64,000 nucleotides of DNA from Heterodontus francisci (lineage: Eukaryota): contig NC_090399.1 in the NCBI RefSeq assembly GCF_036365525.1, positions 50,066,430 through 50,130,429 of the forward strand, written 5' to 3'. The position numbers and the translations under genes were made by a program. The notes beneath the pieces are model-generated. The model did no database searches and was not told where the DNA came from. It saw nothing but the letters and a program-made list of their open reading frames with translations. Below, one piece after another: positions 25,116 through 37,149 of this stretch. The stretch's first letter is position 1; each line of letters starts with the position of its first letter.

Positions 25116-25374
25116 CAGACAGGTTGCGATTCAGACTGTGAAACAGAAACTCTGAGTGAGATTGAACAGGTCTCATAGACCAGCTCCAGTGTAAAGAGAG
25201 GAGACACTGGGATCCTGGGCTCCCCGCTCACAGTAAACACACTGACACTGGTCCCACTCCCACTGGGAACTGTTAAACTGTCTCTGGTCAGACTGGAGTT
25301 ATACCACAACAAGTTACATTTATAAACCACCTTTAATATAGGGACTATCACAAAGGGACATCACAGAGAAACTC

Positions 25375-25625
25375 ACTAACAGGAGGAGAGGGGAGAGAGT
25401 GACACTTACAGGAAGAGAGTGAGGGGAGGGAGTGACACTAACAGGAGGAGAGTGAGGGGAGGGAGTGACACTAACAGGAGAAAAGTGAGGGGAGGGAGTG
25501 AGACTAACAGGAAGAGAGAGAGGGGAGGGAGTGAGACTAACAGGAGGAGAGTGAGGGGAGGGAGTGACACTAACAGGAGGAGAGTGAGGGGAGGGAGTGA
25601 CACTAACAGGAGGAGAGTGAGGGGA
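25375..25625. repeat. 33-bp purine-rich tandem repeat
   Basis: acaggaggagagtgaggggagggagtgacacta units. Confidence 0.9.
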
Positions 25626-25689
25626 TGGGACAGTTTTGGATCCATCAGGTGTGATGTGGAGTTGTGTTTCTCACACGGCTCTTCCTGAT

Positions 25690-28285
25690 GTGAACCCCCA
25701 CACTGATCTCTGTTTATTCGACCCACTCCATGAAACCCACACTGGGCTCTGTGTACTCAACCCACTCTATGAACCCCCACACTGGGCTCTGTGTACTCGA
25801 CCCACTCCATGAACCCCCACACTGGTCTCTGTGTAATCGTCCCACTCCATGAACCCCCACACTGGGCTCTGTGTACTCGACCCACTCCATGAATCCCCAC
25901 ACTGGGCTCTGTGTACTCGACCCACTCCATGAAACCCACACTGGGCTCTGTGTACTCGACCCACTCCATGAATCCCCACACTGGGCTCTGTGTACTCGAC
26001 CCACTCCATGAAACCCACACTGGGCTCTGTGTACTCGACCCACTCCATGAATCCCCACACTGGGCTCTGTGTACTAGACCAACTCCATGAACCCCCACAC
26101 TGGGCTCTGTGTACTCGACCCACTCCATGAATCCCCACACTGGGCTCTGTGTACTCGACCCACTCCATGAAACCCACACTGGGCTCTGTGTACTCGACCC
26201 ACTCCATGAAACCCACACTGGGCTCTGTGTACTCGACCCATTCCATGAATCCCCACACTGGGCTCTGTGTACTCGACCCACTCCATGAATCCCCACACTG
26301 GGCTCTGTGTACTCGACCCACTCCATGAAACCCACACTGGGCTCTGTGTACTCGACCCACTCCATGAATCCCCACACTGGGCTCTGTGTACTCGACCCAC
26401 TCCATGAATCCCCACACTGGGCTCTGTGTACTCGACCCACTCCATGAAACCCACACTGGGCTCTGTGTACTCGACCCACTCCATGAATCCCCACACTGGG
26501 CTCTGTGTACTCGACCCACTCCATGAATCCCCACACTGGGCTCTGTGTACTCGACCCACTCCATGAACCCCCACACTGGGCTCTGTGTACTCAACCCACT
26601 CCATGAAACCCACACTGGGCTCTGGGTACTCGACCCACTCCATGAATCCCCACTCTGGGCTCTGTGTAATCAACCCACTCTATGAACCCCCACACTGGGC
26701 TCTGTGTATCCGACCCACTCCATGAACCCCCACACTGGGCTCTGTGTACTCGACCCACTCCATGAACCCCCACACTGGGCTCTGTGTAACCGACCCACTC
26801 CATGAACCCCCACACTGGGCTCTGTGTACTCGACCCACTCCATGAACCCCCACACTGGGCTCTGTGTATCCGACCCACTCCATGAACCCCCACACTGGGC
26901 TCTGTGTAACCGACCCACTCCATGAAACCCCCACACTGGGCTCTGTGTACTCGACCCACTCCATGAACCCCCACACTGGGCTCTGTGTACTCGACCCACT
27001 CTATGAAACCCCCACACTGGGCTCTGTGTACTCGACCCACTCCATGAACCCCCACACTGGGCTCTGTGTACTCGACCCACTCCATGAACCCCCACACTGG
27101 GCTCTGTGTACTCGACCCACTCCATGAACCCCCACACTGGGCTCTGTGTATTCAATCCACTCCATGAAACCCCCACACTGGGCTCTGTGTACTCGACCCA
27201 CTCCATGAACCCCCACACTGGGCTCTGTGTATTCAATCCACTCCATGAAACCCCCACACTGGGCTCTGTGTACTCGACCCACTCCATGAACCCCCACACT
27301 GGGCTCTGTGTACTCGACCCACTCCATGAACCCCCACACTGGGCTCTGTGTACTCGACCCACTCTATGAAACCCACACTGGGCTCTGTGTATCCGACCCA
27401 TTCCATGAACCCCCACACTGGGCTCTGTGTATTCAACCCACTCCATGAAACCCCCACACTGGGCTCTGTGTACTCGACCCACTCCATGAACCCCCACACT
27501 GGGCTCTGTGTATCCGACCCACTCCATGAACCCCCACACTGGGCTCTGTGTAACCGACCCACTCCATGAAACCCCCACACTGGGCTCTGTGTACTCGACC
27601 CACTCCATGAACCCGCACACTGGGCTCTGTGTACTCGACCCACTCTATGAAACCCCCACACTGGGCTCTGTGTACTCGACCCACTCCATGAACCCCCACA
27701 CTGGGCTCTGTGTACTCGACCCACTCCATGAACCCCCACACTGGGCTCTGTGTACTCGACCCACTCCATGAACCCCCACACTGGGCTCTGTGTATTCAAT
27801 CCACTCCATGAAACCCCCACACTGGGCTCTGTGTACTCGACCCACTCCATGAACCCCCACACTGGGCTCTGTGTATTCAATCCACTCCATGAAACCCCCA
27901 CACTGGGCTCTGTGTACTCGACCCACTCCATGAACCCCCACACTGGGCTCTGTGTACTCGACCCACTCCATGAACCCCCACACTGGGCTCTGTGTACTCG
28001 ACCCACTCTATGAAACCCACACTGGGCTCTGTGTATCCGACCCATTCCATGAACCCCCACACTGGGCTCTGTGTATTCAACCCACTCCATGAAACCCCCA
28101 CACTGGGCTCTGTGTACTCGACCCACTCCATGAACCCCCATACTGGGCTCTGTGTATTCAACCCACTCCATGAAACCCACACTGGGCTCTGTGTACTCGA
28201 CCCACTCTATGAAACCCACACTGGGCTCTGTGTACTCGACCCACTCTATGAAACCCACACTGGGCTCTGTGTACTCGACCCACTC
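25690..28285. repeat. 39-41-bp minisatellite between the gene B 3' end and the gene A promoter
   Basis: gacccactccatgaacccccacactgggctctgtgtactc units. Confidence 0.95.
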
Positions 28286-29135
28286 CCTCTACCTGGGAAC
28301 TCATTGATCACCATCTCTGTTTCGAACGTCCATCATTGAAACTGTGTCCTCCTGGTCCTAATCTCACGGTTTTGTGTAAGTCCTTCTCAGGTTTCATTTC
28401 CCTGCACTGTTTGTTGTTTTATAAATCTCTCAGGTGCTTCCTTTCCAGGTTGAATATCCCAAGTCTCTCCTGTCTTTCCTGATAACTCAGAGCCCTGACC
28501 CTGGGGGTGAGTCTGGGGATTTCTCTCTGCACTGCCCCCAGGGTCTGAGTGTTTCCCCTGTGTCTCAGTGACCTGAACTGGACTCAGTACCAATGAGAAC
28601 ACTGGGCTTCATGGGTTTACCAGGCAGCCGAGGTCTAACAGTGAATGATGTTTCCGTTTGGTCCATGAACGGCCTTAACTCAGCCGGTTCACATTGAATT
28701 TCACCTCAATAACTGCTGAGTACAAGAACCACAAGCTGCTGAGTGAATGAATGAAACCTTTCCTGTTAAATCATTAAAGATGAATTCAGACAAGTCAATC
28801 AGTGACAATTATTTATTGACGATAAAACACAATTATCACCATTTGTAGTTAAACATTGATGATATAAATAATAGCAGATCAGAATAGTTACTGACACTAT
28901 CACCTAGTAATTTAAATAATAAATAATGAATAGATGGAGACATTTATGGAAATGAATGTGTTTGTGAGATAGCTGAGTATATCATTGGAATTCAGCATGA
29001 ATTGGGCTTCTCATTGTCAAACTCTAGCTGAGATCAGAGTGTGAGACTGATATCAATGAGACAGATTAATTTAAAGAGTTATTCCTATAATATTTGACCA
29101 GTTAACTGTTTGAGCTAGCTAGTTTATTGAGGTAG
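28281..29135. repeat. Segmental-duplicate 3' flank, homologous to 44855-46020
   Basis: Long near-identical stretches (ccctctacctgggaactcattgatc...); near-identical spurious ORFs MFSLVLSPVQVTETQG at both sites. Confidence 0.9.
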
Positions 29136-30079
29136 ATTCAGGTCTTTTGTTCCTTTTCTTATCCCATTACCATTCCCTTGCCTTGCACCATGAAACCTTT
29201 TGTCATTTAATCTCTCCTGCCTCCAGTCGATCACAGACCTTCCCTTTTGTTTTTTCTCCCAGCCTTCTCCCGTTCACTTGCTCAAAACCCATTACATTTC
29301 TAACATTTCCCAGTTCTGATGAAAGGTCATTGATCAGAAACATTAACTCTGCTTCTCTCTCCACATTTTGTTGCCAGACCTGCTGAGGGATGAGGGATTT
29401 TACTTACCAGGTTAGTTTGGAGAAGCTGGGGATGTTCTCCCTGGAGAAAAGGATATTGAGGGGAGATTTGGGAGAAGTGTACGAGGTGATAACAGGTTTA
29501 GATCAGGGAGACAAGGAAAAACTGTCCCCATTAACTGATGGTACAAGGACAGATTGTAGGATTTGGGCGAGAGATGCAGAGGGAATATGAGGAAGAACTA
29601 TTTTACTATTTATCCCGCCCTAAAGCAGGCCTCTATCGGGCGGGTCAGTGAGACTGACTGGATTGCGTTCCGGAGAGCCAGCATGGATTCGATGGACCAA
29701 ATGGTCTCCTTCCATGCTGTAAATGATACTATAACACATTATAACACAAGACTTCCAGAAACTTCTGCCTTTACTTGAGTTGATTACCCTGCCCGGGGAC
29801 AGGAAGCGTTGAATTGGTGACGGGGTTTTCTCTTCCATTCGAATCCTCTGCTCCGGTTGAATTCACTTTACACAGGAGTGACTGTGTGGGAACTCACTGG
29901 CTCAACTCTCACCTTCCTTCATCACACATCACCTGTAACACTGAGTAACTCTGTTCTCCCGAAGGTCACTCTGGCTGTGAGGCCGATCACATTACTGATA
30001 CTGGATTTAAACCCCAGCTGAGAATCTCAGTCAGAGAATCAGGATCCCAACCTGGAGTATCCGGGATCCACTGTTCAAC
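28810..30079 (-). other. Gene B putative terminal 3' UTR exon
   Basis: atacag|GTTGAACAGTGGATCC acceptor with the same exon start in gene C (51520); minus-strand AATAAA at 29123-29128 (conserved at 46000-46005) and at 28812-28817. Confidence 0.55.
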
Positions 30080-30107
30080 CTGTATATTGACGGTGGAAAA
30101 GATTAAT

Positions 30108-31586
30108 GGTCAGGAGGACAGTGAAATTATTCTGACTGGTTTTAACAGTGCCTGGGAGGGTGAGACAGGGTCAGGAGGACAGTGAAATTATTCTGACAGG
30201 TTTTAAAAGTGTCTGGGAGTGTGAGACAGGGTCAGGAGGACAGTGAAATTATTCTGACAGGTTTTAACAGCGTCTGGGAGGGTGAGACAGGGTCAGGAGG
30301 ACAGTGAAATTATTCTGACTGGTTTTAACAGCGTCTGGGAGGGTGAGACAGGGTCAGGAGGACAGTGAAATTATTCTGACAGGTTTTAACAGTGTCTGGG
30401 AGGGTGAGACAGGGTCAGGAGGACAGTGAAATTATTCTGACTGGTTTTAACAGCATCTGGGAGGGTGAGACAGGGTCAGGAAGACAGTGAAATTATTCTG
30501 ACAGGTTTTAACAGTGTCTGGGAGGGTGAGACAGGGTCAGGAGGACAGTGAAATTATTCTGACAGGTTTTAACAGTGTCTGGGAGGGTGAGACAGGGTCA
30601 GGAGGACAGTGAAATTATTCTGACTGGTTTTAACAGCGTCTGGGAGGGTGAGACTGGGTCAGGAGGACAGTGAAATTATTCTGACTGGTTTTAACAGCGT
30701 CTGGGAGGGTGAGACAGGGTCAGGAGGACAGTGAAATTATTCTGACAGGTTTTAACAGCGTCTGGGAGGGTGAGACAGGGTCAGGAGGACAGTGAAATTA
30801 TACTGACAGGTTTTAACAGTGTCTGGGAGGGTGAGACAGGGTCAGGAGGACAGTGAAATTATACTGACAGGTTTTAACAGCGTCTGGGAGGGTGAGACAG
30901 GGTCAGGAGGACAGTGAAATTATACTGACAGGTTTTAACAGTGTCTGGGAGGGTGAGACAGGGTCAGGAGGACAGTGAAATTATTCTGACAGGTTTTAAC
31001 AGTGTCTGGGAGGGTGAGACAGGGTCAGGAGGACAGTGAGATTATTCTGACTGGTTTTAACAGCGTCTGGGAGGGTGAGACTGGGTCAGGAGGACAGTGA
31101 AATTATTCTGACAGGTTTTAACAGCGTCTGGGAAGGAGAGACAGGTTCAGGAGGACAGTGAAATTATACTGACAGGTTTTAACAGCGTCTGGGAGGGTGA
31201 GACAGGGTCAGGAGGACAGTGAAATTATTCTGACTGGTTTTAACAGCGTCTGGGAGGATGAGACAGGGTCAGGAAGACAGTGAAATTATTCTGACAGGTT
31301 TTAACAGTGTCTGGGAGGGTGAGACAGGGTCAGGAGGACAGTGAAATTATTCTGACAGGTTTTAACAGTGTCTGGGAGGGTGAGACAGGGTCAGGAGGAC
31401 AGTGAAATTATTCTGACTGGTTTTAACAGTGTCTGGGAGGGTGAGACAGGGTCAGGAAGACAGTGAAATTATTCTGACAGGTTTTAACAGTGTCTGGGAG
31501 GGTGAGACAGGGTCAGGAGGACAGTGAAATTATTCTGACTGGTTTTAACAGCATCTGGGAGGGTGAGACAGGGTCAGGAGGACAGT
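30108..31586. repeat. 61-bp minisatellite, about 24 copies, last intron of gene B
   Basis: ggtcaggaggacagtgaaattattctgacaggttttaacagtgtctgggagggtgagacag. Confidence 0.96.
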
Positions 31587-31640
31587 GTTAATGTCACAAA
31601 TTGATTAATGAGGGGAAAAATTGAAATTTCACTTACTGTA

Positions 31641-31672
31641 TTATGAAGAAGCTGGAACAAAGATGTCAGAAG
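31641..31672 (-). CDS. MHC class I gene B, exon 7 (TSDIFVPASS*); exon extends to 31637
   Basis: ttttcgtag| acceptor, TAA at 31641-31643, |gtaagt donor 4 nt after the stop; spliced CDS totals 1053 nt (350 aa); conserved in gene C. Confidence 0.82.
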
Positions 31673-32359
31673 CTACGAAAAGAAAAACAGAAAGTAGAAA
31701 TGTGAATAAAGTGTAGACGTAGAGAGTGTGCGATAATCTACATCACTCACTGGGCCCAGGATTCAGTCACTACCCAGCATGAACTGAACAGCCTCACACA
31801 TGGTGACTGGGGGGGAGGGAGGGTCTGGAGGATGAGGGACTTGAGGATAAGTGTCCCATCTATGTAACCCTGAATCAATGAATCTAGGAATGGAGTATGA
31901 GGGACTGGAGGTTGAGGGACTGGATTCTGAGGATCCAACCTGTCAACCGTGAGTCAGTGACTCCAAGACTGGAGGGTGAGGGACTGGAGGCTGAGGGACG
32001 AGAGGGTGAGGAAATGGAGGTTGATATTTCCACCTGTCTAACCCTTAATCAGTGAATGCGGGAGTGGCCAATGAGGGACTTGAGGGTGAATAGCTGGAAG
32101 GTGAGGGACTGGAGGGTGAGGGATTGGAGTTTGAGGCTCCCACATGCTTAAAAGTGGGTCAGTGACTCCAGGACTGGAGATAAGAGACTGGAAGGTGAGG
32201 GCATGGAGGGGTAAACGCTGGGGTTGAGGTTCCCACATCTGGAACCCTGAGTCAGTCACTCCATGATTGGAGGCTGAGGGACTGGAGGGTGAGGGACTGG
32301 AGGTTGAGAGACTGGAGGCTGAGGGACTGGAGGTAGGCAGTGACCTCCCCTGTGGAATT

Positions 32360-32720
32360 TGAGTATTTGAGCCTATATTCTCCAGTGTTTATAAGAATGA
32401 GAGATGATCTCATTGAAAGATATAAAATTCTTTGAGGGTTTGACAGGGAAGATACTGAGAGACTGTTTCTCCTGACTGGAGAGTCTCGAACCAGGGGACA
32501 CAGTCTCAGGATAAGGGGATCAGTCATTTCAGACTGAGATGAGGAGAAATGTCTTCATTCAGAGGGTTGTGAATCTCTGGAATTCTCTATCCAGAGAGCT
32601 GTGGATACTCAGTCCATGAGGATATTCAACACTGAGATCGATAGATTCTTCAGCACGAAGGGAATCAAGGGATCTGGGAATAAAGTGGGAAAGTGGATTG
32701 GAATTGAGTTGAAGTGGAGT
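32360..32720 (+). mobile_element. CR1 3' fragment shared with gene C (58800-59170)
   Basis: agaatgagagatgatctcattgaa...ccaggggacacagtctcagg at the same intronic site in B and C. Confidence 0.8.
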
Positions 32721-32987
32721 GTCTTGAAATCATAGAAATTTCCAGCACGGAGGGAAACCATTCAGCCCATCTTCCAGTGCTGGCCCTTTGAAAGAGCCAT
32801 TGTGTTTGGTCCCTCATCCCCTCTTTTTGTCTGTAACCCTGCAAGATCCACATCCTGATGTATCGCTCGAAATCCCTTTCTCCATGGGAGCAAGAATCTC
32901 CTTCTGGAGAATTCCCAGGAAAATGTAATTCGACAACTGTAAATCATGACTATTTCATTCCCAACAATCTGTCCCTCATTTACTTAC

Positions 32988-33020
32988 TGTGAGCTGTTGT
33001 GTCGGTCACACTTGGTGAAT
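32988..33020 (-). CDS. MHC class I gene B, exon 6 (cytoplasmic, DSPSVTDTTAH)
   Basis: 33-nt exon, ttccacag| and |gtaagt; homologous exon conserved in gene C. Confidence 0.85.
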
Positions 33021-33344
33021 CTGTGGAATCAAAATAAATGTCAGTTAGAATGGGGAATAACCCATTATCAGAGAGTGAGCAGACAACAAGTGTGAGGGAA
33101 TAGAGATTGTGTAATAAATACACAGTCTGACACTCCCCTCAATCCTTACACTTTATATCGATACTGTAGATCTCTCCCATTCCATCTATATTCAGTAGGT
33201 CAGGATGTGAGTGTCAGTGCTGGGTTTGATGTTCGACATTAGACCTGGTCTGGGCCAATCACACAAAGGAAGATCAGACAGCGAATAAGACGTCTTTATA
33301 CGAGTGTATCTGTGTGTGGGAATTAAATCAGTTCATTCAACACA

Positions 33345-33940
33345 GTGTCCTGTACTCCCACTACTGGAGATTCCCTCACACTCACTCTGTCCCCTCAGTT
33401 CTACATTCCCTCTCTCTCACTCTTCCCTCTCAGTGTCCTGTCCTCCCAGTACTGGAGATTCCCTCACACTCACTCTGTCCCCTCAGTTCTACATTCCCTC
33501 TCTCTCACTCTTCCCTCTCAGTGTCCTGTACTCTCAGTACTGGAGATTCCCTCACACTCACTCTGTCCCCTCAGTTCCACATTCCCTCTCCCTCACTCTT
33601 CCCTCTCAGTGTCCTGTCCTCCCAGTACTGGAGATTCCTCACACTCACTCTGTCCCCTCAGTTCCACATTCCCTGTCTCTCACTCTCCCCTCTCAGTGTC
33701 CTGTCCTCCCAGTACTGGAGATTCCTCACACTCACTCTGTCCCCTCAGTTCCACATTCCCTCTCCCTCACTCTTCCCTCTCAGTGTCCTGTACTCCCAGT
33801 ACTGGAGATTCCTCACACTCACTCTGTCCCCTCAGTTCCACATTCCCTCTCCCTCACTCTTCCCTCTCAGTGTCCTGTCCTCCCAGTACTGCTGATTCCC
33901 TCACACTCACTCTGTCCCCTCAGTTCCACATTCCCCTCAC
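33345..33940. repeat. ~88-bp tandem repeat in gene B intron 5 (about 3 degenerate copies in gene C, 60440-60715)
   Basis: ctggagattccctcacactcactctgtcccctcagtt at 33364, 33452, 33540. Confidence 0.9.
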
Positions 33941-33952
33941 TCAGATTCTTAC

Positions 33953-34072
33953 CTCTCTGTTGCATTTTCCAGATGATTATTCCGATTATTCCCAATATAA
34001 CAGCCAGTGCAGCGATCACTGATCCAGTTATAATTCCAAGATGCCAGCGTCCCCCATTGTTTTCCGGGATTT
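33953..34072 (-). CDS. MHC class I gene B, exon 5 (TM)
   Basis: EIPENNGGRWHLGIITGSVIAALAVILGIIGIIIWKMQQR; gtttcag| and |gtaag, 120 nt. Confidence 0.93.
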
Positions 34073-35066
34073 CTGAAACACAGTTGAATAATATCAGGAT
34101 GGTTTCTCTGTTCCCAGATCCATTCCCAGTTCTGTATTGATTGGGGACAATTTTATCCGAACCCGCCTGTTGGGAATTGTTGGGATTGGTTGAAATGCTG
34201 GTTTTACACCTGCCTGATTTCACTCTGCAGTGAAGTCACTGAAGATTCACATTGATGGTGGTGTAAAAACTGTGTTGTCCCAATCCCGTGGGTTACCTTC
34301 CCGACCAGTTCAGTTATAATAATTCCTGATGTCTCTGTGTCCTGTCCTTGTTCAATCCCCAGGGTTACATTGTACGGCCCAGGAGGCAGTATCACTGATG
34401 CTTTTCACATTAAACTTCAAAGTGATGAGGAATAAACTGACCACAGTAAACTAGACTGAGCTGTTAATGAGTAAAACTACAGGTAAACTGTGCAGATGGT
34501 TCAAAAGAAGCACTTGGTACAATACAACACCAGGACTTCACCCTAAACTACTGCAGTTAACCCACCATGCTCAACACATGAAATAAGTGAGAGAATCCAC
34601 TCAAAGAAAAGGCTTCCACAAATGACCAGAGACTGAGTTCCAGAGAACCTAGACAAGAATCAGCTGATCAGAGAGAGTCAGTATGGATTTGTGAAGAGTA
34701 GGTCATGTCTGTCTAATCTCATTGTATTTTATGGGGAGCTCACTAACATGGTGGATAAGGGAGTGTTTATGGATCTGGTCTTTATGGACTTGATCAGGTT
34801 CCACACAAGTGATTATTGACAATAATAAGAGCGTATGGAATTGGAGGTAATCTTTGATATGGGTGAAAATTTGTTGGGAGGGAAGAGATTTTTTTAAGAC
34901 GTTCACTGATAGATTTTTATTGGGTGAAGGCAGCAAGAGGTATTGAGGAATAGCAGGTAAATGGAGTTGAGGTACAGAACAACCCTGATCTTATTGAAAT
35001 GTGGAACAGCCTATTCTTGTTCCTTTATTGCAAACGTGCACACACACATCCAGTGCAGTTCCTTAC

Positions 35067-35345
35067 CCCACTGATGCAGCTTGGCCTCTGCCAGGCTGCT
35101 GTGATCAATTCGACAGGAGTATTGATCCTCTTCCCCAGCATTTATTTCAATCTCTTTCTGGATCTGATGAGTCCCATCGTGGTTCGGTCGCACCCCCGAG
35201 GATTGGCTCTCAGACATTACCTCTCCATTCCTGAGCCAGTTCACCTCAATGTCTACAGGATAAAATCCAGTAACCAGGCAGGAGAGAGTGAGCGGCTTGT
35301 ACTGACTATTGGGGTCACTTCTGGAGATGAACACTTCAGGCTGAA
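35067..35345 (-). CDS. MHC class I gene B, exon 4 (alpha3 Ig C1-set)
   Basis: VQPEVFIS...LSCLVTGFYPVDIEVNW...RPNHDGTHQ...YSCRIDHSSL...QW; attacag| and |gtaag; follows a 117-bp intron. Confidence 0.96.
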
Positions 35346-35462
35346 CTGTAATGGGAAAGGATAAAAACACAAACAATACACAGACACTGAATGGAACGAG
35401 ATAATGGATTCATAGATCAGTGATGTTAGATCAGAACATGGGATAAAAACTGAAATAAATAC

Positions 35463-35738
35463 CTTTCCTTTCAAAATATTTCTCTCCAGCTCGCAAATAT
35501 AACTGTAGATGCTTCACAGATCGTTCTTCCAGATAGACTTTCCAATACTTGTTCCAGGATTCATCAGAATTCCATTTCTCCTTAACCCTGACTGCATTAT
35601 GATTGGTTGCAATCCATCTCATTCTGTCAGACTCTAAACTAATATAGTCCTTTCCATCATATCCAACATGCATCGATCTCTTAATGGAGCCATCGTGAGT
35701 GACCTTAACACTAGTCATCCATTGGAAAGTGTGAATTC
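35463..35738 (-). CDS. Non-classical MHC class I gene B, exon 3 (alpha2, no cysteines)
   Basis: GIHTFQWMTSVKVTHDG...GYDGKDYISL...VKEKW...YLEERSVKHLQLYL...ERK; ctgacag| and |gtat, 276 nt. Confidence 0.95.
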
Positions 35739-36319
35739 CTGTCAGTGACCAAACAGGGATCAATAATTAATAATCAACTGCTAATGGAAAATCACAAACT
35801 GTCTGATCAATGGGGAAAGGGCCTGTATTAACAGGGGCGTCCAGAGGACTGAACTACTGCAAATGTTTTACTCTTGTTCAGAAAAGGGTTAGAGAGACAA
35901 ACCTGGTAATTCCAGTCTAGTCAGTTCAATATCAGTAGTGGGGAAGCTCGTAGAAACAGTTCAGGCAAAGGCTGAGCCCAGAGATAAAGAAACACGATAT
36001 GTGGAACAGACAGAAAAACTACAATTCTTCTGCCTCACTTGGTGGATGAGAGAAACCTTTCAGAGATATTATAAGTTCTAAGTGGAATAGAAAGATTTAA
36101 TATAGAGAACTGCTGTTAGTTAAACAACATATTGAATTTAAATAATTTAAAAACAGAAAGTGCCGGAAAAACTCAGCATGTCTGGCAGCATCTGTGGAGA
36201 GAGAAACAGAGTGAACATTTGAGCTCTGTGACCTTACATCAGTATTTCCAGTACTTTCTGTTTTTATTTCAGATTTCCAGCATCTGCAGTATTTTGCTTT
36301 TACTTGAATTTATATGATG

Positions 36320-36700
36320 TCTTTAACATAGAATGTTCAAATGTGCCTCACTGGAGTGTTATCAGACAGAACTTAGGGCAAGTGACAGAAAGTTAGGTCA
36401 AAGAGATAGGTTTTAAAGAGAGCTTTAAAAGGAGGAGAGAGAGCTGGAGATGTTTAGTGATAGACTCCCAGAGCTTAGGGCCCAGGCCATCAGTGGATGA
36501 GCGATGGAAATTCGGGTTGCACAAGGGGCCAGAGTTGGAGGAGTGCAGATATCTCGGAGGATTGTAGGGCTGGAGGAGGTTGCAGAGATAGGGAGGGATA
36601 AGGACCTGGAGGATTCAAACATGAGGATGAGAATTTTAACTTCAGGACATTACTGGACCTGGAGCCAATGTAGTTCAGTGAGCACAGGGGTGAGAATAGA
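36320..36700 (-). mobile_element. L2-type LINE 3' fragment (similar copy at 45520-45830)
   Basis: Minus-strand IGGRAFS..G.KLWNSL-type L2 C-terminal motif seen in the 45.5-kb copy. Confidence 0.65.
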
Positions 36701-37149
36701 ATTTATTCAGTGCTGAATCACACGATCATAAACATCGCAAAACCCTTCAAGTAGATTGAGATACTTTGAAGAGCAGTGAATGTTGTTCTGTAAAGAAACA
36801 TCTTCAGTGCAGGACTGATGACAGGAAGTATTTCTTTATATAAAGAGCGATCAGTATCTGTGATGGTCTCTGGGTCGGGTGCTGGGTTTATAATACTCAC
36901 TACCCTTCCCTTATAACACAGACACATGGACACCTTTGATTATTACTAAACAGACTAATACTACCAACTACAGGTAGAGCTCATGAAACCAGTACCAATT
37001 ACACTCATGGGCAGATAATTCATCATGGGCTTGTAATCTGTGTCTCCAGACTACTCAGGCTAGTGTCACGGAAATCTAGGTAGAGATTTGTTTCGAAAGT
37101 GTTCCCGCATCCAGTATCTTTATATTGTTAATCATATGCATAACATAGG

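Noticed and set aside
25714-28339. Many repetitive ORFs, CRISPR-like appearance
   Set aside because: Head-to-tail 40-bp units with no unique spacers, no cas genes, eukaryotic context; the same applies to the 61- and 71-bp arrays
28387-28602. ORF conserved at two sites (also 44904-45173)
   Set aside because: Explained by the segmental duplication; one copy lacks the ATG, lengths differ and no domain is recognisable
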